A DNA stretch of 64,000 nucleotides, taken from Adineta vaga. Its lineage: Eukaryota > Animalia > Rotifera. Shown here piece by piece: positions 38,261 through 51,802 of this stretch. Position numbers and translations under genes: made by a program. The first letter of the stretch is position 1, and every line of letters begins with the position of its first letter. The stretch lies in assembly GCA_021613535.1 (NCBI GenBank), contig CP075494.1, positions 1,488,001-1,552,000 of the forward strand, read 5' to 3'. The notes under the pieces are model-generated. The model made no database searches and had not been told where the DNA came from. It worked only from the letters and a program-made list of their open reading frames with translations.

Positions 38261-38823
38261 AATGAAGATAAATATTATGAAACATGGTTTTTGTCCTCAA
38301 CGATATGCGCATATTTAAGAAATAATTATTTACCTTAGTTTTACCCAAGTTATCAGAAAAACAAGTTTGCTTCATCGCTCGTGTTTTAAACACTAGAATG
38401 TTATGAGACAATATTGCTCTTTATATGTAAAAGACAACGATGACCATACCATAAATTTATCATATTATGTCGATTCTACCTGTGATAGATAACAAGGCTG
38501 CCTGATAATAACAAGGAAAAAACCGTGCTTAGTCATTAATAGAGAACGTGTTGGAGCTAGCATATCCATTCACAATATGTTAATAAAGATGCATAGCAAG
38601 AACATGACATTCCTTGGAAATTTCGATGTTCTTTCTCTTTACAGGTGGCTCAGAGGAATGTTCCTCCTTATCAAACATTTTCGTTACGTTGTGTCATTAC
38701 ACCGATAATCAGCATTATCTAAGTGCTTTGTCTCCAAGATATATTTATATATATAAAGGGTAACATCGTCAAAACTCACTAACAAATTCAACTATCATAC
38801 AACATTCGAATATTGTTTCTCTC

Positions 38824-40061
38824 ATGTCTGCATCACAACCAAAGGTAAAAATTTATTTCTAAACACTTCATGTGTCTATTCATTTTCCTTTTCGTACCAG
38901 AAATCGCTCAGAGCACAACTAGGTGACAAAGATGTAAACACACAACGAGAAAAGTATATGAACGAAATTAAAACAGACCATGAAAACTTTGGCAAATTTC
39001 AAATGTCGAAATCGGTGCAAAGGAATATAATGCTAGTAGGACGAACACGTACCGGGAAATCGACTATCAAATCGATGCTTGCTAATCCAATGGTCGTTGC
39101 TGAAGAAGATAAACTAATGGTAGGTACCAAATACCCACAGTTTGAGACGTTCCATGTTGCTGTAAGAAAGAAGATTCCTACAGATGAGTCTTCTGAAGAT
39201 GTGTTTGAAGATTATTCTTCTGAAGATGATTCTTCTGAAGAAGATCTATCTACAACGGAATCGCCTGAAGATCTTGTCCTCAATATCATCGATACACCGG
39301 GCTTGTTCGAACGTGGTACCGATGAAATTACACCTCGCGACAATGACATCATCATGCGGGCCATCGATGTTTATGCCAATCAAGAAATTACCAAGGTTCA
39401 TGTCATCTGTTTTTGTGTAGCAATGACAGTTGGTATTAATGAACTGGATATTCAAGCACTCAAGCTATTGCTCAAAACGATGGGTGATAAAATAGCGTCA
39501 AATTCATGTTTGATTATAACCCATTGCGAGTCAAAAGACAAGAAGCAGCGAAAATCTATAATATCGCAACTGAAAGAAGATAAGGAATTCGAGTTGATCC
39601 GACCTTTCTTTAAAATGGGTATCTTCTTTTCTGGTGTACTCAACCGAGACGACTATAAGTGGGGTAGTGAAAATCTCATAGGTCAATATCTCACGGTCTC
39701 AAAGTATCGTACGAAACTTATTAAAATGTTTCGTAAGACTGTCAAGCCATTTCCACTGATTGACACGCTGATTAGTGACTCAAAACGCGCTTGCGACAAC
39801 CAAAAGTCAACAGCATTGGAACTTGAGCAGATGGAGATGAAAATTCGACATGCAAATGAAGATCTTAAGCACATCAAACACCGTCTTCAAGAGAAAGAGA
39901 AAGAACTTAATGAAACACAGAGCAAGCTTGAAAACACACAAAAAGAACTTAGAAAGAAAGACGCTGATCTAGAAGAATTGCATACTCTATTTTTATTTTA
40001 TTATATTTTATTTTCACTAGCAGAAAAACTGATGACCATGAGGTCCTACCATTACAAATGA
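38824..40061 (+). CDS. AIG1/GIMAP-like P-loop GTPase with C-terminal coiled coil; exons 38824-38844 and 38901-40061
   Basis: G1 GRTRTGKST, G3 IIDTPG and G4-like ITHCE. TATA-like TATATATAAA near 38750. In-frame intron 38845-38900. An acidic SSED repeat (TCTTCTGAAGAT x3) lies between G1 and G3. The 3' end is uncertain. Confidence 0.82.
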
Positions 40062-40483
40062 GTGATGTGAAGAGAGGGAGAAAAAAGGAAAAAAGATAAT
40101 AACTAAAGACATGAACTACTAGTAATCAGAACAGAAAACTCTCTATGAAATAAATGAGCAATACCCATGAAAATCAGAAAATAGAATCTAGCAACAAAAA
40201 TGCAATTAAACAAAAAATGATTTAGGAAAAAGGCGGATGATCTGAAACTCCTTCATATCAAAAGCAGGCGTAGAAGAAAGAGAAGAGAAAGAAATCCACT
40301 TCATACATCTTAATATCACTGATTCATTATGGATAAATCATTTAGAATTATCTTAAGACAATCTAAGAAGCATTTTTAAAGATCAATTCACCAACTAAAG
40401 AGTCAGCTAGTGAAATAAGAGATCTATTCCAATATCTAAAACATCTATCATCCAATGACAGTTCGTTAAATAAAAACGCAAAC

Positions 40484-40542
40484 AGGGTGTATGGGTGTGG
40501 GAATTTTGATTAAACTTATATCCTCACCCACACCCTCACGAT
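40484..40542. repeat. Element copy 12
   Basis: AGGGTGTATGGGTGTGGG-spacer-CTCACCCACACCCTCACGAT. Confidence 0.88.
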
Positions 40543-40729
40543 TCCACAATCTAACATATATCCAGCTGCATAATAAGAATTGTCTTATTACATTTGATAT
40601 GAGATCTTGATAATAGAGCGAATAATAAAAATCCAGATACAAATCTCAATAGAACGAAAGCACAAAAAAAACGAGACGATATTGTTTATTTTTTACTTCA
40701 CATAAGTAAGGAATAACTGTTGATGAGCG

Positions 40730-43248
40730 TCATTTCTTTTTCTTTTCTCCACCATAAACATTGACCGATGCATAAACATGACGGCTTTCAACTTGACCAG
40801 GTATATCAACTTGACATTGTAAATGCAATTTTTCACTAGGTGTATTCGCCGTTGGTGTGATTAGAACACTATTGTCTTGTTGCTATTCAGAAAAATAGAC
40901 ATGATAATCAATCGTTTCGATCGCTATCAATTAGCAATACATACACGAACATAATCGGGAAGACTTGTGTCATGTGCATATCGACTCCATGTCACTCGAT
41001 ATTGTTGAGTACCTTGAACATAACAAGTAATTTTCACTTTTTCATTCACTCCAACAGTGGCTTCAGTTGGATGAACAGTGACGCGAACTTCTTGTTGCTG
41101 TTGCTGTTGATGATGATAATAAGGTTCTCTAACATGTTCATATTGTCGTGATTCCACGCTGACACGCAATTCCTCACGAACTTCACCATATGAATTATGA
41201 ACAGTAATCTGATAAACACCAGCATCGTCAGGTGTCGCATGATGAAGAACGAGACGATTGGGTTCAACGGCAAACGCCGATGAAATTGGTTGATAACCTT
41301 GATCAGTTAATTTATGCCAAGTGATTTCAACTGGTTCATTTGACTAGAAAAAGATCAAGTTATTTTGTTTCTATTGTTCATAGATTATACTCACCACAAT
41401 TGTATATTGAATAATCATACGTTGACTTTCTTTTAAATTTATGGATTGTGGACGAATAGTTATTTTTGGTAGATGATCTAGCGAAGAGACAAAAAAATGG
41501 AAGTTTTTCTTCTTCTAATCCTATACTTACTATCGAATGAATGATGTGTATTACTACGTTGGATATGAATTTCATAAGGAATAGTCGTACGTGTACCATC
41601 AGCATTGTATAATTCACAATAATAGGTTCCCGAATGATCCGAACGCGCGTTCGTGATTTGTAAATCATTACCTCGTTGATAAATATCCGATGGTAGACTT
41701 TGACTATCATGACGTGTCCATACCGCACGATAATAACCAGTGGGTGGTTGAATCAATTGATTGGCGCCTTCTTGAATGGATAATGGACTTGATGGATGAA
41801 ATACCGGATAAACATCATGACGGGATGGTTGTTCTTCAAAATGAATGATTACACTAGGATTCGTTTCATTAGAAGCATAGTTACCTCGAAATTCAATGAT
41901 ACTATCTGCATCTCTATAATTAGATTCTGGAATGGAACAACGATAGTTTCCCACGTCAGATCTGGAAATAGGACGAATATGAAGAGTTTTTCCACGTGGA
42001 TAAAATGGATGTTCATCGTGAAGAAGCTAAATACCAGATATTCCAAATGAAAAAAAGATTTATATCAATGAAAATGTAAACATACTCGATTGTTAAAATA
42101 CCATTGGATTTTTCCTTCGTCTTCCGGTGCTGCATCTTCACATTGAATTTCCACGTAATCTCCATCAGCCACATCCGGTGAAACAATTCTTAAATTTTGC
42201 GCAGGACGATACACTATGAAAGAAAAAGTAAAAGCAAATAAAATTTCTCTATTGTTTCTTAAAATTTACCCTCCGGTGTACTTCCTGGTCTTTGATAAGG
42301 GTAATGATAATCAGTTTCTTCGTGCATAGTAAGAAGAGCTGAACCGCTACTTCCATGTGCATTTTGCGCCATACATGTATATTTTCCAATTTTACTCGGA
42401 TCATCCAGAGTAATACGTGCTCGCGATATCGCTTGTGATCCTGTGATATGTTGATCATTCGTATCCGTAAGAGCATAACGCTAAAGTAATGAAAAAACAC
42501 GTCTTTCTAATATTAAAGGTATTTTGCTCGTCCGTGCCGATCTATTGAAGTGAATATACTGAATGGACTGTGAAACTTTTTCTTCAGATCGAGAAAAGAG
42601 TAAATCTGACTCGGGACACATGCGATATCTTTCTCTATGTCCTTGATGACTTTACCCGCTCTGGTTCTTCTTGAATCCAATAAATATTTGTACTTGCATC
42701 AGCACCATAAACACTACAGATAAGTTCATAAGTTTGTCCACGTTGTACTCCAAGTGTATCCGGGCTGACAACCACTTGAAATTTAACTCGATCACTCGAT
42801 TCTGGTTGATTTGGTATTGATGTTGTGATTTCTATTCAATAATAAAACAAGTGAATCTGCTAGAACATCTTAACACTATACAACAGTCATGCGTAGACAA
42901 GTGATACACAAAATCCATACAAAGAGAAATCAAGAATTTCAAATGACATCTTCGATAAACCTACCATATGTATCAGTTTCAGTGTTGTTATCAATCGATG
43001 AAACTGTTGTTATATCTATATCAGTCATATTTGATACATTTCCTCCGTCGGTACTATTAAGATTATTTGTCTAATTTAGTTAATCTATCGAAAGAAGAAA
43101 AGACATACCTGGTGAAATCTGTAAAGACAATTGAGTCTGTTGTGAACAATTCTTCTTCCGATTCATTGATCGGCTTTGCGAAGAGTTTGTCGAAAGTAAT
43201 CAGATTCAGCAAAAATACGAGAGTTACACCCAATATTATTTTCATCAT
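40730..43248 (-). CDS. Secreted multi-Ig-domain protein (perlecan/hemicentin-like Ig repeats), multi-exon
   Basis: Signal peptide MMKIILGVTLVFLL and Ig signatures SGTYYC, AGVYQI, GNYRC and VKITCYV...VTWSR. Internal exon boundaries were only partly resolved. Confidence 0.75.
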
Positions 43249-43791
43249 GGTAAATAATATGGGAAAAAATGACACTGTTCTTCCATGTTGTGTTCGGGTA
43301 TATATGTATATAAAAGCTGTTGCGTTTGCTCTCACCACTTATGATGGCTATCGATGTTAGATATATCATAAGAAACGTTTTTATGTTAGAATAGGAAAAA
43401 AACGATGTTGTCGTGTTTGATATAACAAGACTGAGATGTATATCATCCACGAAAAAGAAATACTCGTCCGTACTGTTTTTATCTGTCGTTAAAAGATATA
43501 TACATTATCAATTTTGCACGTAGAAAAAATGATTGATTCATAGACAAATCATACGATTCAGATTCTTTTTTTGAAAAATTTTTGTGGTGTAATCTGATTT
43601 TTAAGTTAATATTTATGGGATTTCTTTATTGTTTGTAATATTAATCTATATACGAGTAGAAATATTTTTACGTCAACAGCCAATCAATCAAACATGGATG
43701 ATAAAATAACGTCAACAACGAGATTTAATTATTATTCGACGTATTTTCATTCTTATTGGCTTAATAATAATGCTTGAAATTCCATATTTTG

Positions 43792-43844
43792 TGAGGACAT
43801 GAGTGTGGGTAATACTTTTTTCTTCACCCATGTCCACACCCACA
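43792..43844. repeat. Element copy 13
   Basis: TGAGGACATGAGTGTGGGT-spacer-CACCCATGTCCACACCCACA. Confidence 0.78.
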
Positions 43845-44289
43845 TAACACGTTAGCACAGTGACTATTCTATAATTTCATATATTTATCTTTAAAAAATG
43901 ATATAAATATTAAACACGCGATAAAAATATGCTTGTTTATTGTGAGAGACCGTAGACATGAATATCATTACTGCGATACTCACATTCTCAAAAGAATTAA
44001 AAAGTCTAGAAACGAATAGTAATTTATAGAAAGTACAATTTCATTATAAATTGATGATAATGAAAGACTAAAAGTTAACCATCTAATAATATGTGACACT
44101 TCTTAACTATAATTGGAATTTAAAAGAAAAGATAAATCTTTTGTGTCACACTATTTCATATCTTAAAAAGAATAGCATTTTACTTCCTGAAATTATTAAG
44201 TACCAAGACCTCATCAGAAAAAAGATATTTTAATCTCTTTCACAAAGAAAAATAAAGTACATCTAAAATTTTGTCTAAAAAGACGCATT

Positions 44290-45393
44290 ATGTCGACATC
44301 ATTATCTTATCCATCACTTGTATTGATTCAAAAACTCTTGACATATTATGTTTATCCATTAATTATTACATTTGGATGTTTAGGAAATCTTTTAAATATA
44401 TTTCTTCTAAGTAAAAAAGTACTTCGTACAACATCATGTAATAATTGTAAGTTAAAAGAAAAGAATTTTGTTTAAATAAATTATTAAAATAAATAATTTT
44501 AAGATTTTTTAGCTTCATCATGCACTAATCTCGTCATTTTAAGTGTAGGTATTAGTACAACAATGTATATTTATGATCGACCATGGGCAATATCTACAAT
44601 TTATTGCCGAACTCGAAGTTATTTAATAAATGTTTCTCAACAAATCTCACGTTATATGATTATTATGGCGTGTTTTGATCGATTTGCACTTTGTTCAACA
44701 AATATCTATCTTCGTCAATTTTCTCGTATTAATATAGCTCGATATTATGTTATACCTATTATTATCATTATTTGGTTTATTTTTCCAATTTATATGTTAA
44801 TTTTTGGTACTGCCATCAATAATACATGTACATATTTAGGTATTGCCTTACTTTATAATAGTATTTATGGTATGACAATGGTTGGTTTTATTCCACCATT
44901 TCTAATGTTTATATTTTCTTTATTAACATTTTATAATTTAAAAATCAAACAACAACGACGACAACAAGGTCATTTATTAGCTTTTGTTAGTAATGAAGCT
45001 CGAATAAATGAAAATCGTAAACAACAAAAAAAAGATCAACAAGTTTTATCTATGCTAATGATTCAAGTTATTGTTTATATTAGTACAACAACTCTTGCTA
45101 GTAGTTATTTATTATATTCAACATTAACAACATATCTTGGTGTCATAAAATCTAATCAACGAATATCCATTGAAACATTTATTTCATTTATTGTAAATAC
45201 ATTAAATTTTACTTGTCCATGTTTATCATTTTATTTATTTTATTTTGTTTCACGTCTCTATCGAAAACAAATGAAATTAGCTTTTTTAACAATTCGTAGA
45301 CAATATTGTTGTTATCAATTTGTAACAAATAATCATAATATTCAACATCTAGCTATACGTCAAATGATTGCAAAAGTAGAACCTATTGAATAA
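44290..45393 (+). CDS. Rhodopsin-like GPCR; exons 44290-44446 and 44504-45393
   Basis: GCLGNLLN in TM1, ACFDRF, and SFYLFYFVSRLYRK. An in-frame GT-AG intron joins the two ORFs. Confidence 0.85.
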
Positions 45394-46176
45394 ATATATA
45401 TTTCGTTTTGTTTATGTTTTTTCTAATAAAATGAAATCAATTAACAGAAATGCTACGATTGATTACTAATATAATGTAAATAGGACAATAGGGAAAAAAA
45501 GAAGAGATGATAAAGTAATGTTAATTTTTATTGAAAAGATGCCTATTGCACGTTATAGATGGATGAGATTCAATTGATAATGTTCTTAACAATTACCGAT
45601 TTATATAATCTTTGATAATAATCAAATTTATTTTTCTCGTTTAAATAGATATCACTACACTTATTTTGACAGATAAAAATTACAAATATGGTTGATGCAA
45701 TAAATATACGACAACAAATGCACTATTATCAGTGAATTATTAACTGATGAACAGATTACTTTATATTTATCTTCTACATTGCTGAAAACCTTCTATTTCA
45801 TGGAAATAATTCTAATTTCAAAGGTTTGCCATTATATACAAGATAAAAATGATCGATAAAGAAAGAACTTGTTTATGTAATGCGCTAATTAATGGAAAAA
45901 ATTGTCAACTTCGTTATATCAATGTCCAATTGAATACTATTCTAAACAAGGGAGGAAAGTGCAGGCACCTCAGCACACTCCAAAACTATGGTAAGTATTG
46001 AGGGCATCTAATCTACACTTTTTCCTTTGATATTATTTTTTGCATAGAAATCTTTTTCATATTTATTAATAAATCGATATAGTTAGAAGAAAGATTAAAC
46101 TATATCATTTCATGATATCATGAAATTTGTTTGTAGAAATCGTTCTTCCTAACTTATCCTGCTCGAAATATTAATC

Positions 46177-46233
46177 GGTGTGGGTGGATGAATGATACTC
46201 TTCTCTTCACTCCCACCCACATCCTCAAGATGG
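46177..46233. repeat. Element copy 14
   Basis: GGTGTGGGTGGATG-spacer-CTCCCACCCACATCCTCAAGATGG. Confidence 0.85.
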
Positions 46234-46944
46234 TACAAATGGTGCTTGTACTACAGGTTATTCAGTGTACGAATGCTATTTTAAACAGTATTGCAACTCC
46301 ATTTGTTGGAAAAAATGATTGTGTTTAGTCAGCTGACAAATATCAATGTTATGGACTTATGCAGATGATTGTAACACAGCTGGACCGTTCTTAGCAGGGT
46401 CAGCTGTTCGTGGTGTAGATTTCACAGATCATTAATTGCGAAATTCTCTACAATTATCATTTTGTGGATCACTTTAATAGAGAAAAGATTAAACATAATG
46501 ATGATATTACTTCAATAAACAGAGAATGTAGGTGAAGAAAAATGTCTACAACACATCTACATCCAACCCTTTTATTGTATATTTATTTCATTTATTTCAA
46601 CAATGCTTATTTCTACTATCTTTGTTTTACCATCTAACAAAAAACCTATTAAAAAAAGACATATGATTCCTCGAAAGAAATCTTATATATAATGATCCTC
46701 ATCCCTCAAAAGTATTATATGTTGTATTATCTTCTTCATTAATAAATTATTTTTAGAAAAACAAATCCTTATCGCTGAGTTATGAAAATTTCATCTGGAC
46801 GTTTGTTTAGTAGAATGTAATTATTATTCTATTTTTATTTTGTTATTCGTAACTAGAAACTTGTCGATATGATTACACATTCTGATCTTCAAACTAAGAA
46901 AAAAACATGTTCATTAAAGTAGATATTCATTAATTGAAGAACAC

Positions 46945-47958
46945 ATGTCGAATTTAACAAATCAAAATAATGAAATATTACCTGATTTATCACGAGCCTT
47001 AATAATTCTTCCAATAATGGACAAATATATGTTATTAGTTATCTACACGAGTGGAGTTCTTGGTTCATTATTAAACATTATTACACTTCTTCAGAAAAGA
47101 TTTCGTAAAAATCCATGTTCATTATATTTTCTTTCGGCTTCTATTACTGATTTTTGTATTATGAATGCAGTTGTGATGACCGATGTTCTTAGACATCTAA
47201 ATCCCCCACTATTTGCTTATATCAATTTAACTGTAATTTGGTGTAAATTACAACAATATTTAATATATCTTTTATCTTGTTTATCATCTACATTTATTAC
47301 TCTTGCATGTATTGATCGATTTTGTACAAGTTCACGTAGCTCACAACTTCGTAAACTAAGTCAAATAAAAATCAGTCGTATAATTATTCCATTCGTATTA
47401 TTAGTATGGATTTTGTTTTCATTACATATGCTTATTTTATATGATGTCGTAGTATCAACATCAACAAAATCAGCTCAATGTCAAACACCATCTTATGCAG
47501 CGATGTTTGTTTTGATTTTTCATGGTTATTTCTTTGCTTTGTTTAATGGTGCAATTGTTCCTCTTTTTCTTTCCATTTTTGGGTTCTTAATTTATCGAAA
47601 TGTACGTTTAAGTCGTCGTCGACGAATCTCACCTACAATGAATATAAATAATAATCCAAATATAAATCGACAGAATTTACATTTAATAATTATGTTATTA
47701 GTACAAGCAAGTCTTACAGTGATTTTAAATATTCCTTATATGACAGTTTATCTAAGAGGATTATATTATGGAGTACCAACTGAACAATATCTTCTTCTTC
47801 TCTATGCGATATCTGTATATCTCGCTCGATGGTTTTGGTTTCTTAACTACGCTAAAACATTTTATCTTAATAGTTTATCAAGTCAAATATTTCGAAATGC
47901 TCTTAAACAACAATTACTCGGTTTTATTCATCAATCAAGAGTTTCAACTTTGACATGA
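46945..47958 (+). CDS. Rhodopsin-like GPCR
   Basis: NPCSLYF, ACIDRF and FYLNSLSSQIFR; seven TM segments. Confidence 0.88.
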   Translation: MSNLTNQNNEILPDLSRALIILPIMDKYMLLVIYTSGVLGSLLNIITLLQKRFRKNPCSLYFLSASITDFCIMNAVVMTDVLRHLNPPLFAYINLTVIWCKLQQYLIYLLSCLSSTFITLACIDRFCTSSRSSQLRKLSQIKISRIIIPFVLLVWILFSLHMLILYDVVVSTSTKSAQCQTPSYAAMFVLIFHGYFFALFNGAIVPLFLSIFGFLIYRNVRLSRRRRISPTMNINNNPNINRQNLHLIIMLLVQASLTVILNIPYMTVYLRGLYYGVPTEQYLLLLYAISVYLARWFWFLNYAKTFYLNSLSSQIFRNALKQQLLGFIHQSRVSTLT

Positions 47959-48335
47959 ATAATAAATTGAACTCGATATATTTTCATTTTAAAAGCAAAT
48001 AAAATAATAACTAAACTAAAACAATGAACATTTCACTTTTCTATCATTATGATTTGAGATGATCCATTATTTTAGCTAAAAGCTGTCTTGACTGTGTATT
48101 CAGATAAAATTTAGTTAGATAAACTTTTGATGGTATAAAGATGAATAAATGTCCATATAGGAAAGCAATAAGAAGAGTTTGTATTTCTGGGTTGATTATC
48201 CCAATTACATTTATATACAAACGTTAGTGTAGCAAGAGCAAGATCTATATTACAAAGATATAATTATGACAATAAGAAGAGATTGGCAATGAATACCATT
48301 CACTTTATTTTATTAAAATATATGATCAAACTCCT

Positions 48336-48411
48336 TTGACGGTGGATGTGAGTGTATCTACTTTGTATTTACTCTCATCCTTATCCACACCCGCCCACAC
48401 CCTCAAGATGG
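48336..48411. repeat. Element copy 15
   Basis: TTGACGGTGGATGTGAGTGT-spacer-CCACACCCGCCCACACCCTCAAGATGG. Confidence 0.88.
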
Positions 48412-48649
48412 CAACTAGTTGCCTCTTAAATTTTAGAGGCAACCGGATTTTAGAGTCAACTCCGACATATATATAGATATGATAACTATTCAAACAATTC
48501 CGATATAAAAAAGATTCTGGTTAAAACTATTATCTCTTAATTGGTTTTATTCTCGATCAATTACAAATGAAACATTGCATCGGGAACGTCTTTATACAAG
48601 AATTTATTTAATACTCTTCTTCATATCTATATTGATATTAATTATCGTT

Positions 48650-49612
48650 TGTTTATCACACAAATAAAAGCAACTTTTCATCCTGTATGTATGAGTAGTT
48701 GTATTGAAAGTAATAGTGAATGGATTTATTGGCTTAGTGGAAGACGTTATGGCATAGAATCGATATACTTAGCTGATTTTCGTCAGTGGGGTAGTGCATT
48801 TTTTATTTGAATTGGATCATTTTGTACATTAGCCAACATAACTATAAATAATGCTATTGCTAATTTTCAATCGACATCTCTCCTTATTAATCAACCAATG
48901 ACTCGTAATCAATTTCAATCCGAAATTAATTTACAAATTGATCGATTTTTAAATGGTTCACGTAATAGTTTTGCTCAAATATTAGAATTTTATCAAGATA
49001 TGATACAAGGAAATGCGTTGATGTCTTTTTATGCTACGAACTGGATGCCAATAATAAAACAATCTTATAATACGAGTAATATCACTGTTTTTACTAAACC
49101 AATTCTATATAATTCATCATGTTCTTGTTCTATTACACGTACTTGATGGTGTTCAACGTGGTTGTTCTCTACTTGAATCATATTCAGCATCGTCTCTTTC
49201 ATGTTTTTATTCAAATTCATATTTAGTTTCATTTTTTGAAGCGACAGCACTTGGTGTTGAAAATGGTACAATAAATCCATGGTACAGTCGTTTTTATATT
49301 CCGGAATTTAGTCCATTGAATGGCTCATCACTAAAACATTTTTCCATTAATGATACTTTTAAAACCATTGTTAATGAACTCTTTATCGGTGCTTCGTTAA
49401 CAAACATATCTTACGAACCATTTTTTAATGAATGTGCTGTTCATTATTGTTCCTATTCGATAATACAACGTTTTAATTTTCTTTATGTACTTACAACATT
49501 TCTTAGTCTTTTCACTGGAATATCATTAATTTTTCGTATTATCATACCGCATATAGGAACCATTATGACTTTCCTGAAAAATAAGATACGTATTAAACTA
49601 CGATTTGCTTAA
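48650..49612 (+). pseudogene. Decayed member of a Cys-rich uncharacterised transmembrane family
   Basis: FHPVCMSS, DFRQ, SFCTLA, CSCS and ISYEPFFNECAVHYCSYS followed by a C-terminal TM. In-frame TGA stops near 48808 and 49144, plus frameshifts. Confidence 0.65.
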
Positions 49613-49693
49613 ACATTTATTGTTCTCATTAAATTATATAAGCTATTATTAACTAGTCAGTAAAATAAATGAAAAGGCAGTAAAAATTTAGAA

Positions 49694-49724
49694 TGTGGAT
49701 ATGGGCGTGAGTGTGAGCGTAGGT
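49694..49724. repeat. Element, degenerate G-rich arm only
   Basis: TGTGGATATGGGCGTGAGTGTGAGCGTAGGT, with a hexamer-periodic TGTGGG-like pattern. Confidence 0.65.
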
Positions 49725-49746
49725 ATTTCTGTATTTAGATTTCGTT

Positions 49747-51537
49747 TCAACGAATCCATATTCGAATAAGGATGCTGTTGAGCGTCTGTCTTGTTACACA
49801 AACGGATGGCAATTGCTGGCGTAACCATTCGAGTAATTCATTATCAATATCGTCTATGAAATCATCTTCCACAGAATCATCTTTCTTAGTCCAATAGTCA
49901 TCCTCGCATTCGACAGCTAACGCTTGCAGATTCGGCATATTGTTCAGAAGATCAAGTATGTTTTGTCGAGTTTGCACTCTGATCAGAAGTGTGACGCACT
50001 GAATACCTAACGGCGAACGAGTCAGCTCATAACATTGTTCTTCATTGAAGCAACACCATGTATTTTGACTTGTATATCCTCGAACGTCCAATTGACGTAC
50101 TGAAGCACTGGTCAACTCCATCGGCGGCATGGGGGAATTGGCTACCGCCCATTCATTAAAAGTGAGCGAGCGGAGAGAAGGCGCCAGATCAAGTACGGAT
50201 TGCAGTTGTGAGTAAATATCAAGACTTTTGTCTGAACGGACGAAGACCTGGAGTGAGTTAAGTTGTTCGAAGTTGGGAACATTGGAGAACAATAGTTCTT
50301 CGATCGGAAAATATAGCGAAAGCGACCGAAGATGACGAAAACGAACACTGGATAGGCTGAAATTTGGGAAACATAGCGGATCGTAGATTAAGTGCCGGAC
50401 ACGATCACATATTAAGTACTCGTCAGCGTCTGGACAAGTCGATCTGCTTAAATCAGAAAGATAAGCACCGGTGAATTCATCGGAAGCATACGGGACGGTA
50501 AAAACGTCGTAGTCATCGAAATCACTTTCGTCATCGGACTTGTGCCAATAGCACCGAACAAACCACTGGTGTTCTTTGATCCAAAACTGAGATCGGAATG
50601 AATTAAGAATCGCCTCGGTATGGCTATCTTCAGAGGTGGGCACCGCTAATCTCATTTTGAACTGCAAGATTTTTAAGTGAGGTAAATACTTTCGGATCAA
50701 TGCTTCCCATTGATTTCCATCTATATAGATGGTGCGCGATTTCAAGGTGAGATGATTTAAATTGGGTACACTCTGGAAAAGGTGTGATAAAGTATGCGTC
50801 TTAGTAATGAAGAGAATGCTTATGTTTAGTCGAGTGATCGAAAGATGAACTGGTAATGGCGCAACTGGCCTAGAACGATCGTAGAAATTCAGCGAGAGGG
50901 ATTGAAGGGAAGGTGTAAACTGACACAAATGATCAAATGTTGATAAGGATGAGGTTGAACTTTGGATAGTTAAATTTCGAAGTGAAGTAGATACATGCGA
51001 TGGATTAGGAAAATAGTGTTCATAGTGAGAATGGACATTCAGACAACAGTAGATTAGTTTGGGTAACTGCCATATTTGATTGTGGAAACGCTGCAGATCC
51101 GTATCTTTCACAAGAATAGCGCTATGAAGAATTGTTAGATTTGTCAGACTAGGAAGGTAAGCACATTCGATCATTAGTCGATCGAGCGTTTGTTGCGACT
51201 GGAGATGCGATAATGATAATGATTGTAAATGAGTGAATTGACGAAGTTGAAAATAATTGAGAGAAATAAATAATTCAATCAATTGGGGAGTATCGTCATC
51301 GTTGGAGAGATGAACGGAAATAATTTGATCAAGGATCGATGGAACATAGGTTTGACAAATAAAAGTGACATCCGTTTTGGACATCGATTGACAATCGAAA
51401 TGAAATTTATGAAATCCTTGTGTAAGTAATTTGGTCAAACGTGAATTGAGACTGTAAAATCCATGGAAAATATGTTTGAGAGATAAATATTCGAATATAT
51501 CAATTAGAATTTCATTAGGTAAATCTTCAAAATTCAT
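49747..51537 (-). CDS. F-box protein with degenerate LRR region, intronless
   Basis: N-terminal F-box FEDLPNEILIDIFEYL and LxxLxL repeats; 596 aa. Confidence 0.85.
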   Translation of the reverse strand: MNFEDLPNEILIDIFEYLSLKHIFHGFYSLNSRLTKLLTQGFHKFHFDCQSMSKTDVTFICQTYVPSILDQIISVHLSNDDDTPQLIELFISLNYFQLRQFTHLQSLSLSHLQSQQTLDRLMIECAYLPSLTNLTILHSAILVKDTDLQRFHNQIWQLPKLIYCCLNVHSHYEHYFPNPSHVSTSLRNLTIQSSTSSLSTFDHLCQFTPSLQSLSLNFYDRSRPVAPLPVHLSITRLNISILFITKTHTLSHLFQSVPNLNHLTLKSRTIYIDGNQWEALIRKYLPHLKILQFKMRLAVPTSEDSHTEAILNSFRSQFWIKEHQWFVRCYWHKSDDESDFDDYDVFTVPYASDEFTGAYLSDLSRSTCPDADEYLICDRVRHLIYDPLCFPNFSLSSVRFRHLRSLSLYFPIEELLFSNVPNFEQLNSLQVFVRSDKSLDIYSQLQSVLDLAPSLRSLTFNEWAVANSPMPPMELTSASVRQLDVRGYTSQNTWCCFNEEQCYELTRSPLGIQCVTLLIRVQTRQNILDLLNNMPNLQALAVECEDDYWTKKDDSVEDDFIDDIDNELLEWLRQQLPSVCVTRQTLNSILIRIWIR

Positions 51538-51802
51538 CGTATGTTAGATAAATATTCAAAGTAATATGAATACGGTTGGAAGTGTTTTTCGTAATAGAGG
51601 TAGTGACGACTGAAGAGAGAAATAAATATGTCTGCATGACGCTTGTTTTTCACGTGACAATTTATACATCATTCGGACGAGAAATTAGTCATGGCTGTCG
51701 TCATCGTAGTCAACGAGTGTGACATCCGATATTGCATAGAATGACAATACTTCTCTTCTGTTGATTCAATACAGTCACGAGTAAGTGATATCAACGTTCG
51801 AT

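Noticed and set aside
45950-46570. Additional weak element-like matches (TTGAGGGCATC near 45997; CACATCTACATCCAACCCT near 46552)
   Set aside because: Too degenerate to count by eye; a PWM score is needed.
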